Part shown: in pieces, positions 21,171 through 34,785 of the stretch
Layout of the letters: each line of letters starts with the position of its first letter
How positions within the stretch are numbered: position 1 is the first letter of the stretch
From: Octopus bimaculoides
Lineage: Eukaryota
Assembly (NCBI RefSeq): GCF_001194135.2
Contig: NC_068981.1
Location: 16,644,091-16,686,952, forward strand
Direction of reading: 5' to 3'
Length of the DNA: 42,862 nucleotides
Notes under the pieces: generated by a model
Database searches by the model: none
What the model saw: only the letters and a program-made list of their open reading frames with translations
Told to the model about the DNA's origin: nothing
Program-made: the position numbers and the translations under genes

Positions 21171-23384
21171 TAGGTATACATAAATAATATGGGTGGCTTA
21201 TTAGCAATTTAACAACCTAAAGACAAATATATATATATACGTCACCAAAGTGACAGTGAGTACAAAGTGGTACCAGCATAGCTAAAAGTAAGAGTGAAAA
21301 CGACTCATTAGCCACAAGAGCAGTCTCTTAATAAGCTGACAATATATATATATAATGTTTGAGTGGGCAGCCGAGTAGTAGGAGGTATATATATCATTAT
21401 TTGAAACAGCTTGATTCAATTTAGTTAGCTAAGCATGAACGAGCTAGACTTCTCTAAAGAGGTCTGCGAGACTTTAAGTCGCAAAGAGCCGAATCAAACT
21501 ATTTTAAGTAATATCATATTTATAATGTGAGTGTATATATATATATATATATATATATATTTCTATGCATGAATGTATTTAGACACGCATATATGTGTAC
21601 ATATTTATGAAGGAATGTCTGTCTATAAAGAGATATACACAGCCCACACGCACGCATATTCTTTTGTGTGTGTATGTCTCTGTATGTGTGTATTAAATAT
21701 GCACTCGCAAGGCCTGTATAAGCGACATAGGCGAAATCACACAACCTCTGCTTCTAGACCAAATCATTAAATATATGGCTCTGTGTGTGGGGCGTGGGGT
21801 GTATTCTTCTGCGTACGCTTGTATGTGTGCGCGTACTTGTATGTCAGTGTGTGTTTGACTTAGTGTGTGTCTATGTGAATATGTTGACTGTGTATGTGTA
21901 CGTGTGTATGGGTCTGTGTGAGTGTGTGTCTATTTACATGGTTTTGCCATTCTCACTGTGTGCCAATAATATGCCAATGGTGGAAGTCAGAATGGCGTCA
22001 CAATTTGGCATCCATCGTCAAATTGCTTTTTAAATCAATTAACTCAGTTTTGTTTCTCTATTTGTAGTAGGAAGTTTTACAACGCTTGCAACTATAAACA
22101 AATCTAAGAAAAGCAATTACAGATGTTGTTTTTGTTTGCCACTCGTTAAAAATAGCGTCATAAAGACAGAAGCTAAGGTATCTGGGGAGAATAATGTCAG
22201 ACAATCTGTTAAGAAAGCATCCAGGAACAATGAGATCTTGTTGAAATTAAGGGAGGGTATGATGGGGGAAGTAAAATGCTTATCTGTTAATATAAGGATT
22301 TCAAGAATAAAAAAAATAATAGATTTGTAATTGGTAACTAATAAAGAGATGTGAAGATATTATTAGCCCTGTTGGCGCGACTAATAATTAGCTCTGGTAA
22401 TAATTAAAAGTGTATGTCAATCTATCAAAGTTCAATCCATATAGAATTCATTTCGAAGCGTAGTTATAAAACTAAATGAAGGAATGGGTCATTAACGTAC
22501 ACAAAGATTAACACCAAGTAATTGTAGTATACGAAACAGCTATTTACTGTACGGTAAGCTAGTCGTTATTTTAGTGACTTATTTTAGAGCTTAGTTTGTA
22601 GTATTGTAACTGTCATGCAAATAAAATATTTGTTTTTAGATAGCATCGTAGAAAATGTCATCACCCTGCATACGTATCCTGCTCAATACCATCCCATAAG
22701 TTTACCAACATGTGCCCCCTCTTTTTTTATTTCTTTCCATTCTAATGTATATTATGACAGTTTCTGCACTTCCAAATTATCAATACTTTCACAATTATGG
22801 TATTTGTGCGCTTCACTCAACGCTAAACAAATTAAATCGAAAATTTAAATATTTGTAGGTCCCACCCGGATGACTTTATCTCTAAAACCATCAAAACACA
22901 GAAGTTTAAGTTCAACTTCAAACTTTCTTAACTTATTAGGCTTCTGGTTTGGGAAGGAGAACAACTCAGCCTTTGCAAATGCATGAAATATTTCTAAAAA
23001 GAAATTTGTCCAGGCAATTTGCTATAAGAAGGTCGAATGACATCTTCAAGAGATGTAAAGGCATGATTAATTTGATATGATATAAGAATAATTTGAATAT
23101 CCAACATATACAGTTTTCATAGATAAGAATTATTATAAGGGTAACAGATGAATGTGTGGTGAATTTTTCATTAAGATAATTATTATCGTACAAAGAGGAG
23201 ACAAAACAGGACAATACAAACAATTATTGTTATGAGTTCGTATGATACTTGATTTTTAAAAATTTAGAATGATATATAATTTGACTTTTGTGGGGTGAAA
23301 CTTGATGGGCTGAAGAGCCCAGCGACTACACCTTTTCCTTTTCCATGTAGACTAAGCAGGGTCACTTGCATCCACCTTTCTTAC

Positions 23385-23650
23385 CACATCCTTCCATCTT
23401 TTGTCAAACAAACCTCGCGACAATCGTCTCCTCTCCAGCTCTATCCTGCTCTTCAGAGGATATCTGAAAAAAGTGATCAATCCGGGGCCAGAGATAAATG
23501 TTCCCGTCACGAGTCCTTGCAGTCTAATCTTCCAAACACTCTTTCAACAGTTCCACTGTAAGGAGAAAACATGCCTCACCTTCCTTCGAGAGTCCGGTGC
23601 GCAGCACAATCTTTATTATAGATCCAGCTGACAGCAATCAGATGACAGTG
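23385..23650 (-). promoter_or_regulatory. Candidate promoter/first exon island (unverified)
   Basis: GC-richer unique sequence. On the minus strand: paired E-box/TGACAG motifs (23625-23648), TATAATAAAG (23620-23611), then aaaagATGGAAGGATGTG|GTAAGA (ATG 23397, donor 23385/23384). An alternative plus-strand exon exists at 23351-23557. Confidence 0.2.
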
Positions 23651-24436
23651 TGGTGGCAAGTTCCTTAAACAAAATGCGTTTATATTTGTTCCAGTTCTCT
23701 ACGATCTTGTTTCGAATTTTGCAGTCGATAATTTTGCAATAATTCTTCTGCGATGGATAAAATAAAGTACGAAACAATTTATAAGTTATTTCAGTCGACC
23801 AAGCTCTCCCACAAAATACATTTTTTCGTACATATTTTACAAACACCTTATAATGATTATAATTAGGCGACGAATTCTAATACTTTAACATTTTAATCGT
23901 TTATATCATCAATTGGTTGATCTTTACGATTTTCTTAAAATGTTTCAGCCATTATTTATCGGTCCTATGGATTCTCTAAGAAGAACAGAAAAAATGGAAA
24001 CGGTGCTGTGATGTTCATGCATTTACTAAGGGGTTTATTCAGATGGCTATGAAATGGCTGCCTGTGGAAATCGAACTTCATTTCATAGTATTGTTCATTT
24101 TTGCTTACCAACTCATCATAAATTCTAACCTTTAATCATTCATTAATATGAATAATTACTTTTAACGATTTAGTGAAGTATTTAAGATTTCTTGATGAGA
24201 GTTATCCATTAACAAATGCAACACATTCTAGTCACATGGGCCACGTCAGCACTGCAGAATAATTTAATAAAGTAATCATTGATTTTAGAGCTGTGCATAC
24301 TTGCAAATCTATAAGCCTGCACATGCGGTGTTGATGAGCTGAACAGTTCCATGTAATTTCGGTATAATAGCAATCGTAAGAATGCTCAGTCTCCGATGGA
24401 TTGTACACCTGTCTATAACTCTCAATAAAATAATTC

Positions 24437-24614
24437 CACTAATCCCTCGACTAACGCTCGTGTTACATCCCCAAAACCCCGCGATAGGTGAAAATCTGCG
24501 AAGTAGAAACAGTACTGTATTGTATACTTTTTATTATTATTTTTATAATCTATTTTATTATAAATGCAAACAACAACCGCGATAGGTGAACCGCGATATG
24601 GCGAGAGAATACTG
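24437..24614. mobile_element. pogo/Tigger-type MITE
   Basis: The left end cactaatccctcgactaacgc is close to the reverse complement of the right end (cagtattctctcgccatatcgc). Internal ccgcgataggtgaa occurs twice, typical of Tigger-like subterminal motifs. Confidence 0.7.
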
Positions 24615-24639
24615 TTTAAATATCCTTCTTCTTTTTGTG

Positions 24640-24840
24640 AGGCGGAGAGCTGGCAGAATCGATAGCACGCCGGACGAAATGGTTAGCAGCTTTTCGTCTG
24701 ACTTTACGTTCTGAGTTCAAATTCCGCCGAGGTCGTCTTTACCTTTCGGGTTCGATGAATTAAGTACCAGTTGCGTACTGGTGTCGGCTTAATCGACTGG
24801 CCCCTGCCTCAAAATTTCGGGCCTTGTTCAATGAGTAGAA
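24640..24840 (+). mobile_element. SINE family A monomer
   Basis: aggcggagagctggcagaatcgatagcacgccggacgaaat...gagttcaaattccgccgaggtcg...gggccttgttcaatgagtagaa. Confidence 0.9.
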
Positions 24841-24869
24841 AAAATAGAAAAAAATATCTTTCTACTTTG

Positions 24870-25083
24870 GCGGCGGCGAGCTGGCAGAATCGATAGCACG
24901 CCGGACGAAATGCTTAGCAGTATTTCGTCCGACTTTACGTTCTCAGTTCCAATTCCACTGGGGTCGACTTTTCTTTTCATCCTTTCTGGGTCGATAAAAT
25001 AAATACTAGTTGAGCACTGAGGTCACTGTAATCAACTATCCTGCTTCCCTAAAATTTCTGGCCTTGTGCCAAAAATTGAAATC
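24870..25083 (+). mobile_element. SINE family A monomer with 17-bp target-site duplication
   Basis: aatatctttctactttg occurs at 24853-24869 and 25084-25100, exactly flanking gcggcggcgagctggcagaatcgatagc...aaaaattgaaatc. Confidence 0.92.
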
Positions 25084-25475
25084 AATATCTTTCTACTTTG
25101 TCTTTGGTTTCCCTTAAATTTACATATAAAAATAACGATAACAGTTTCTATTCTTCTCAAACAACGACAGTTGCAGCACTAAGAAACACGGATTTTTCAG
25201 TGAGTATGATGGAGTACCACTTTTGAAGGCAGGTGAATTCTACACAGATCAGCATTTAATTGGCACTAATTTTTATCAACACTCCAGAAGGTTAAAGATC
25301 AAAGTTAATCTGGGAACGATCAATAAATACAATAAAATGCAATAAAAAATTTCCAAACAACCATTCCTCTTAGTTTGTTAAATTTGTACACAGTCTCACA
25401 CAAGGAAGCTTACACATATGTGTGAGTATATATATGCCGATATATGTATGAATAAATATATATAAATATATAACT

Positions 25476-25770
25476 AACACTCCGTCGGTTGCGATGATGA
25501 GGGTTCGAGTTTGTTCAATCGACGGAACGGCCTGCTCGTGAAATTAGCGTGCAACTAAGTGGCCGAGCACTCCACAGATGCGCTTAACATTAACGTCGGT
25601 CTCACTGAGACTTAGCGTGACACAGATTATGACAATGCTGGTTGACTGAATTTCAGATGTTACTAATTTTTGTCAGCTGAGTGGAATGGAGCAACGTGAA
25701 GTGAAATGTCTTGCTCAAGACACACAACGATCCGCCAGGTATCGCACTCACGACCGTATGATGGTGAGCC

Positions 25771-25774
<4 letters not shown>
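25476..25774 (-). mobile_element. SINE family C (CORE-like head, distinct 3' region)
   Basis: Reverse complement: ...gtgtcttgagcaagacatttcacttcacgttgctccattccactcagctgacaaaaatt...aatttcacgagcaggccgttccgtcgattg...aaccctcatcatcgcaaccgacggagtg. Collinear with 32575-32840. Confidence 0.8.
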
Positions 25775-25823
<49 letters not shown>

Positions 25824-26721
25824 AGGAGGGGATGTGTGTATGTGTATGAATGTATATATGTATATATATATATATATATGACTGTGTGTGTGTAAATGCA
25901 TGCATGTGTATGAAGTATACGTGCTCGTAAGCCTAACTTAAAATTCCTGAGCATAGATTTATATAAATATACATACACGTACATCCACACAAACACATAC
26001 ATAATCGCGAACTCACACACATACACAGTCACACACAGACACACACACACACTTATCTATATACACACATAATGCAATAATCCAATACATCCTAAAAAAT
26101 TCTACAAAGTCGTGCATTACCGAGCCGACATCAATATGATTCTAAATCGCACTAAAATAATCATGCCTCTCGATCCGGCATATCACCAACCAAGTACTCG
26201 GCTTAGATCTGCCGAACTGATAAAAGCAATGCTTTTTATTTGTCATTTAAGCCTTCATTTTGTCTCATGTTATTGCTGTTGTTGTTTTGTATTTGGTGTA
26301 AATCTCTTTGCAATTTCAAATCCCTCAGGCGAGTCTCTACATTTTCAAAGCCAGAATGTATATTTTTTAATAGGTATAACTTCGTTATTAGATAGGAATT
26401 GATGGTTCCGAAAGTAAATACTATTTAATCCGAATTACGTCATTAATACTATACAGATGTTTTACACCTCAGAGGTGTGTTATGATTACTTGTAAATTTC
26501 ATTGTTTATTTTTATTCATTTATTTATTTATTTATTTATTTTGCTTTTGCCGTTTCATAATCATGCAGTGTTTCCAATTGTGCAATACACATACATGCAG
26601 TTGTATGCACTGTCACGCTCACAAACATGTGTCTGAATGTATGTATAAATATATATACATGTGTGTGCGTGTTTGTGTGCGTGCGTGTATATATTATGTA
26701 TATATACGTGTATCTGTATAT

Positions 26722-26756
<35 letters not shown>

Positions 26757-28058
26757 NNNNNNNNNNNNNNNNNNNNNNNNNNNNNNNNNNNNNNNNNNNN
26801 NNNNNNNNNNNNNNNNNNNNNNNNNNNNNNNNNNNNNNNNNNNNNNNNNNNNNNNNNNNNNNNNNNNNNNNNNNNNNNNNNNNNNNNNNNNNNNNNNNNN
26901 NNNNNNNNNNNNNNNNNNNNNNNNNNNNNNNNNNNNNNNNNNNNNNNNNNNNNNNNNNNNNNNNNNNNNNNNNNNNNNNNNNNNNNNNNNNNNNNNNNNN
27001 NNNNNNNNNNNNNNNNNNNNNNNNNNNNNNNNNNNNNNNNNNNNNNNNNNNNNNNNNNNNNNNNNNNNNNNNNNNNNNNNNNNNNNNNNNNNNNNNNNNN
27101 NNNNNNNNNNNNNNNNNNNNNNNNNNNNNNNNNNNNNNNNNNNNNNNNNNNNNNNNNNNNNNNNNNNNNNNNNNNNNNNNNNNNNNNNNNNNNNNNNNNN
27201 NNNNNNNNNNNNNNNNNNNNNNNNNNNNNNNNNNNNNNNNNNNNNNNNNNNNNNNNNNNNNNNNNNNNNNNNNNNNNNNNNNNNNNNNNNNNNNNNNNNN
27301 NNNNNNNNNNNNNNNNNNNNNNNNNNNNNNNNNNNNNNNNNNNNNNNNNNNNNNNNNNNNNNNNNNNATATATATATATATATATATATATATATACGTT
27401 CGTTTGAGTGTGCTGTACATATATATCTGCATTTGCATATATTTATATACATATATATGTATATATCCACATATATACGTGTATGTTTATAAATATATGT
27501 GTGTGTGAGTGTGCGTGTGTGTGTGTGTGTGTGTGTTTGACTTTCTGTGCCTGTATATATAGGTATGTGTATAAGTATATATGTATATACAATATAAATA
27601 TATGTGCGTTTGTATGTACGTATGTACGTATTATAATGTATGATATCAGATATCACTAACGAACAATAGATATCATTTCTGTTCTTTAATTGTGATATGA
27701 AATAACTCAGAAGCAAGGTTTGTTATGCACAAATATTCCACAGGGAAGAAAATTGGCCAATTAGTACAATTTCTTGAGAAATTGCCGCCAGTAGTGAAAT
27801 GTTTTCTTCATAAACCTCTCAGTTGAAACTTGACTCTTTTCCATTTAGATGGCAACATAATCTAGATGCTGATCTATTACATCGTCACATGATCATATAT
27901 TTTATATACCACGGACTTCAATTTATGTTATTTATATTCTCACACACTTGCACACACACGCGTGCACACAACTATCTACACATTTGCTTGGCTTGTGTAT
28001 ATTTGTGTGTGTGTGTTTGCATATATATAGAGAGAGACAGTTAGAAAGATAGATATAG

Positions 28059-28096
<38 letters not shown>

Positions 28097-28270
28097 NNNN
28101 NNNNNNNNNNNNNNNNNNNNNNNNNNNNNNNNNNNNNNNNNNNNNNNNNNNNNNNNNNNNNNNNNNNNNNNNNNNNNNNNNNNNNNNNNNNNNNNNNNNN
28201 NNNNNNNNNNNNNNNNNNNNNNNNNNNNNNNNNNNNNNNNNNNNNNNNNNNNNNNNNNNNNNNNNNNNNN

Positions 28271-28305
<35 letters not shown>

Positions 28306-28321
28306 ACACCTTCACACACAT

Positions 28322-28450
28322 TTCAGTCTTTGAACTGCGACCAGGCTGGAGCATTTCATTGAAGGATTTGGGCGAACAAGTCGACGCCAGTACTTTTCTG
28401 AAAGTCTAGTACTTATTTAAGACGAACCGTTAGATTTCCGAGCCAAATGC
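28322..28450 (-). mobile_element. SINE family B 3' fragment
   Basis: ttcagtctttgaactgcgaccaggctggagcatt...gtcgacgccagtac...gtacttatt...gaaccgtt resembles the reverse complement of the family-B tail. Confidence 0.55.
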
Positions 28451-29774
28451 AAAAACGAAATACATATGCGTATGTATGTGTGTGTATATATATATATATA
28501 CGTATAGACATACACACATACACACACACACATACTCACACCCTCAGACACATATATACAGATGTATAAGTGAGTGCGTGCGTATGTGCATCGTGCGTGT
28601 GTGTAGTGTGTGCATGTGTGTAATGTGTGCATGTGTGTATTGTGTATGCATGGGCCAGTGCTTGTGTTTGCACACATGTGTGAGCGCGCGCATGTATGGG
28701 GCTCATACACTGCTCTCGCCTACCACTGAGCTTTGTACAGAATCAATGTTTGTTGAGGCCCGAATTATCTCGTCACCTTGAAAGCAAGTAGAGACTTATT
28801 TAAATTTGATAGTTTACAGAATGTAATCTTTACTAAAGAGATAAGGGTATTTTCTTTAAAAACGAAACGTTTCCGCAACTTCTGAATTTTGCAATGTGCT
28901 TATATAAGTGTATGTTTCGTTATTATTGATGTCTGTGTGTTCGTCTGTGCATGGATTCCCAATGAATATTTGACAGTGTAGGCATTTTTAACCTGGGACC
29001 TCAGAAGAGAACATTCTTGAAATCCTTTACAAATCACCATTGTGCCCCAACTGAGTATATTTAGAAAAGGTAAATTTTCCATTTTTTCTTTTCTCCAAAC
29101 GTTTAGAAGATTGCATATATATCTAATGCGTCATAAGTATAATTGATATAGATGTATCGATGTATCTGTGTACGTATGGATATATTCATGTATGTGCAAC
29201 TATATACATATCTGTATATCTCTATGTGTATGAATTTATATACGGATGTCTTTGTGTACGTGTTTGTACGTTTGCATGAATGTATCCATATGAATATATG
29301 AGTATATGTTTTCATATGTGTGTTGCTGTAAAAAAAGTTTTCATAAAAACTTTATGATGTCTTTATAATTACATGTACATTATATACTAAATTTTATTCA
29401 AATAAACCAACGATAAAAGTGATGTTTATATAACTAACATAGTATTATTAAGTATATCTAATTATAATTGTAATATGATATCTTTATATGTAAATTTAAA
29501 AGCCGATTCAACGTTTGAAATATTCTCTAGTTTTGATTTCCTATCTGAGTCTGCAGTATATTATTATATGACAATTATTAGAATTCCAGCAGATTTGAGA
29601 GTCCACCAAATTCCTCTGAACTGGTAATCGATATTCTACACAAGGCAAAGTTAGTGTTAAATACATATGTGACTGTGTTTATGTGTGGCATGCCTTCCCT
29701 CTAGGATATGTGATAGCGTATGTATCATACCTTACCTCAACTCTGTGTGTGAATGTACGTATGTACACACACAC

Positions 29775-29823
<49 letters not shown>

Positions 29824-30488
29824 NNNNNNNNNNNNNNNNNNNNNNNNNNNNNNNNNNNNNNNNNNNNNNNNNNNNNNNNNNNNNNNNNNNNNNNNNNNNN
29901 NNNNNNNNNNNNNNNNNNNNNNNNNNNNNNNNNNNNNNNNNNNNNNNNNNNNNNNNNNNNNNNNNNNNNNNNNNNNNNNNNNNNNNNNNNNNNNNNNNNN
30001 NNNNNNNNNNNNNNNNNNNNNNNNNNNNNNNNNNNNNNNNNNNNNNNNNNNNNNNNNNNNNNNNNNNNNNNNNNNNNNNNNNNNNNNNNNNNNNNNNNNN
30101 NNNNNNNNNNNNNNNNNNNNNNNNNNNNNNNNNNNNNNNNNNNNNNNNNNNNNNNNNNNNNNNNNNNNNNNNNNNNNNNNNNNNNNNNNNNNNNNNNNNN
30201 NNNNNNNNNNNNNNNNNNNNNNNNNNNNNNNNNNNNNNNNNNNNNNNNNNNNNNNNNNNNNNNNNNNNNNNNNNNNNNNNNNNNNNNNNNNNNNNNNNNN
30301 NNNNNNNNNNNNNNNNNNNNNNNNNNNNNNNNNNNNNNNNNNNNNNNNNNNNNNNNNNNNNNNNNNNNNNNNNNNNNNNNNNNNNNNNNNNNNNNNNNNN
30401 NNNNNNNNNNNNNNNNNNNNNNNNNNNNNNNNNNNNNNNNNNNNNNNNNNNNNNNNNNNNNNNNNNNNNNNNNNNNNNNNNNTATATA

Positions 30489-30524
<36 letters not shown>

Positions 30525-30795
30525 TGTATGTATGTATGTGTATAGGGGTGAGAAAACAAACGAAAGAAAACAGCACTGAATACATTTGGTTGAGTGTTAC
30601 TAATATATGCGTATATATGTGTGTATATGCATTTATGCATGTATGTCTGCGTGCATAAATACATATATAGGATCTACACACTCTCTCATATACTAGACCT
30701 AATATACACATATATATAGTTAGAATTTTAAAAAAAGACGAAGAAGGTGTATAAACAACAAACAGGTGTATTAGGTTAACGCTCGGGAAGGTGAA

Positions 30796-30933
30796 AAAGC
30801 CACAGACAGTATGGTTGAGTGTTTCTTGTCCGTCTCCACATATTCTGAAATTACATGTTATGATTCTTTTCATTATATGTTTTTGGTAATTTCTGGAGAA
30901 TAGAGCGTCCACCACATTTTCTATTGTTCGCAT
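30796..30933 (-). mobile_element. R4/Dong-clade LINE fragment: post-RT region and CCHC zinc-knuckle remnant
   Basis: DALFSRNYQKHIMKRIITCNFRICGDGQETLNHTVCG resembles the QDQAL.TRNY.K.I......CR.CG...ET..HI...C motif of RLE-type LINEs. Confidence 0.75.
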
Positions 30934-32231
30934 GGCGGTAGTTTGATCTGCCTCACTGTCAGTCTGGATCAGCTTGGATTTTCAGAGAAAGAAATCAACC
31001 AACTGATTCGCACGTTACATAATTTTACTATACCTGTAAGTAGAATAGTAAAATTATGTAAGACCCTTCTCGGGCTTAAAATGCGACATTGTTTTCATTA
31101 TCTGCATTCAGAAGAAGAATGTAAATGATTAAATAGAGGAGACACACACACACGCACATTGGTGGTCAATGCAGAAACGGGGAAACTCAAGGTGTTAGAA
31201 AACATCTCTGCAATTGGCTGTGTCCATTATTTAGCTGTATTAAAGGTGAGTGCAATAGGATGATAGTAATGTGGCACAAAATGGTTGCTTTCAAATGTCA
31301 GGGAGTGAGAGACGAAACGGTTTGTTGTTTATAGGAGGAAGTTAAGGTGCACGTTGTTAGGGTGCAATAGAAGAGATAGTGACAGAGACGGTGTCCTTGT
31401 TAGTTTGAAGCAGCCAAAAGTATTTTCCCACTTAGTGTGTTTGGAAGCGATAAGGGGACGTTAGGAATTTACATTCACACGTACACACATATACGTGAAA
31501 ACCCATGTCCGTGTATACACGCATGCATACACCTATATACACTTTTATCTATCTTCCTATCCATTTTATCGAACTGTGGGGAAGAGAAGTCATTAAAATA
31601 GTCATTATTGAATTCATACAAACGATTAACCTTTTTTAAGCTTTAGCATAGCAGGGAATTGTTTCAGGTTTCAGTAGTGAATATTAGTAAATGGGATCAG
31701 CTCACGAGTAAGTACTTATAGCTCTTACAATATAATTCGCCTTGAAGATATTTGTTACCACAGACACTGATGTAACCATTATTTATGCTTCCGGGGAGAA
31801 ACAAAAATTCTATCTATTTTAAAGTCGAAATATTTAAAGATTAATAATCGAACTGTCGAGCACCGTGAACTAATGGGTATAAGTCTGAAACTCAATATAT
31901 ATAATGGTATGAATAGCAGTTATGAAAGCTGAGACTATTTTAGCGATGTAAAATAAAACTATCAGAACTATGAAATATAAAACTATGAAGACTATGAGAG
32001 GAAGAAATGCAACTGTGAAACATGAAACTAAAGCAATTTTGAAATATGGTCATTTTTTCTCGTAGAATATAATTATTTCTGACAATTTATCTCTAATGCA
32101 AACTCGTTGAAATATTTGCAAGGAGTCGGTATAATGTGCTCAGAGAGTGACCCTGCAATACTTCATATTCAGCATCTCTATAAACTTAATATTCAGCAGA
32201 GAGAGCAAAATGAAATCCCTCCCTCCATTCC

Positions 32232-32293
<62 letters not shown>

Positions 32294-32531
32294 NNNNNNN
32301 NNNNNNNNNNNNNNNNNNNNNNNNNNNNNNNNNNNNNNNNNNNNNNNNNNNNNNNNNNNNNNNNNNNNNNNNNNNNNNNNNNNNNNNNNNNNNNNNNNNN
32401 NNNNNNNNNNNNNNNNNNNNNNNNNNNNNNNNNNNNNNNNNNNNNNNNNNNNNNNNNNNNNNNNNNNNNNNNNNNNNNNNNNNNNNNNNNNNNNNNNNNN
32501 NNNNNNNNNNNNNNNNNNNNNNNNNNNNNNN

Positions 32532-32564
<33 letters not shown>

Positions 32565-32574
32565 AACAACTATA

Positions 32575-32840
32575 TATTTGATTCCCGACAGTGCATTGTG
32601 TCCTTGAGCAAGACACTTGATTTCACATTGCTCCAATCCACTCAGCTGGCAAAAATGAGTTGTATTTGTATTTCAAATAACCACCATTATGACATACTGT
32701 GACACGCTGAATTTCCCCGAGATTCACTCGAGGTCACGCGTATCTGTGCAATGCTCATCCACTTTCCTATTAATTTGACGAACAGGCTGTTCCGTTGATC
32801 TGATCAAATAAAAACCTCGTCGTGATCGACGGAGAGCCAT
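32575..32840 (+). mobile_element. SINE family C
   Basis: tttgattcccgacagtgcattgtgtccttgagcaagacacttgatttcacattgctccaatccactcagctggcaaaaatgag...gaacaggctgttccgttgatctgatcaa...cctcgtcgtgatcgacggag. Confidence 0.8.
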
Positions 32841-34785
32841 TTTGTTTTATACTGTATGTAAAAAAGAAACTTTACTTTCTCTCGATTTCTAAATTAACAT
32901 ATTCCATGAATTTCCTTTAGATTGTATCTATTTCATCTTTAATGATATTTCTCACTTCATAAAATGTTTAAGTAATAAATCATAAGCTATGTTATGTTGG
33001 CGATTTCTAAGAAGAATGAAATAGGATTAGTATGGCACATGATTATAAATGACTAGAAATTTTAAGAACTTCATAATAAGAAAACAGAAAACATTTTGTT
33101 TCAATTTTTGTTTACGATTCCTTAATTTCAATTTCAAATTTCTAATCCTGCCTCATATTACGTCGAAATGATTATCTACTTTGCAATAGCTGTGACCGCT
33201 AGGAAAATCGTGAGTGTTATTAATAGCTTGATGAGAATTACAATTCACAAGAGTCCATTTGATCAGTATTTCATGTCCTTTAATACAGTACTTTTAATCA
33301 GGTTAGTGGAAGTAGATTTTACATAATGAGTATCGTATCAAACATATATTTAATAATAAGCTTCTCAAAAACCCTTCGATATGCACGTGTTCATATATAC
33401 ACATATTCGCTTAGACATCTACAATTCAAAGTTACTTAGTATCTCTGTTTCCTCAACCCATGATATCCGACCAACATTGAAAACCATTAAAAACATGAAA
33501 GAAAATCAGTTTCCAGTTACTATACAGCAAGCAACTAGTTATTATACACTAAACATACCATAACAACAATATAATATTTAATATCATTACTGCCAATGGT
33601 ATTCCAGGTTTTCAATGTATTTATATATTTCTTTGTGAATCGTGTATTTTGCAGAGAATTTGTTTCAAGTAGGAATTGAATATTTCTTGTTAGTCGTGCT
33701 ATGTAAGTAGCTTCAAACACATTGCAGGTTGTAGCCTCCGGATCGGATACGTGGGTGCTTATGTAAAATCTTGTAACAAAATTTTAGTCCTATATAATAC
33801 GCACATATTTGCTTATGTGTGTTTGTGGATGCGATTTTGATTGTGTTAATGTATGCATATGTACATTCAGCAGTGCCACAGCATCACCACAGCCCATGGC
33901 TGAAACTGATAAAGCAATAATAGAACAAAACATACATATACATGTCAACAAAGAGAAAAGAACAAGTACATAATACTGAATGTAGTGTGACATTATTTAG
34001 TAGTAATTCAATCTTGGCACAAATATTTATTCCGAGATTTTTTATGTCGATCTTTTGACAATTTTGCAAAAAAAAGAACGTAAATCTTATGACAAAATGA
34101 CTATATATTTGAAATATTTGAAATGGAATAACAATGACCTTAGTAATTCATGATGTAAGTGTTGCTTCAAAAAGGGGCGCATGTTTGGCACTTAGCACTG
34201 TAAAGTTAAGTATGATTTATGCAAAGAAACGTGACACACACTCATTTATATATATTTATACATATATTCATATATAATATTTACGAAGGTCGTTACTTCG
34301 ACGCTTCGCAGACTCTAAATTACTTTGGTTTACATGTCTTTTATATAATCCTTTGTGGTTCTTCTTCAAGAATCAACGTAACTGCAATGTAGTTGTGGCT
34401 TAATAATGTGTTTTTGTGCAATATAAAGAAATAGCTTTACGGATATTTGGGTTGGCGAACAATTGCTTTGTAACGAAAATGTCTTTCACCTCTCCTTCTC
34501 TTTCTCCTTTATCTCCTAATACCACCACCATATTCTGCTATTTCTTCATGCTCACTACAAGCTTTTTTTTTTCCGCCCGCCCAATTAATCCATCCAAAAA
34601 GGTATTCGTTTTTTATCTTAAAGTTCCCCCAAAGTTACACTATTAATCCATACCTATTCTGTCGGTCCATTGTTCTTTCCTACAAGATGAGCACCAAAGT
34701 AATTTAGAGAAACTATCGAACCAATAATTCGAAACAATTCTCAAATTTTTCCATCTAATAATATTGTGCTATTCTATTGAATATA

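Noticed and set aside
21930-22030. Cluster of TGCCAA/TTGGCA (NFI-like) half sites
   Set aside because: They do not have the TTGGC-n5-GCCAA arrangement and there is no other support.
28900-29082. Short ORFs and splice-like sites around 28950-29075
   Set aside because: Plus-strand frames contain stops; the minus-strand frame lacks a good donor and any domain signal.
8061-32636. Long ORFs (200-400 aa) in the supplied track
   Set aside because: They consist of N runs (X) and microsatellite translations (YIYI, CVCV, poly-L/S/R), so they are artefacts.
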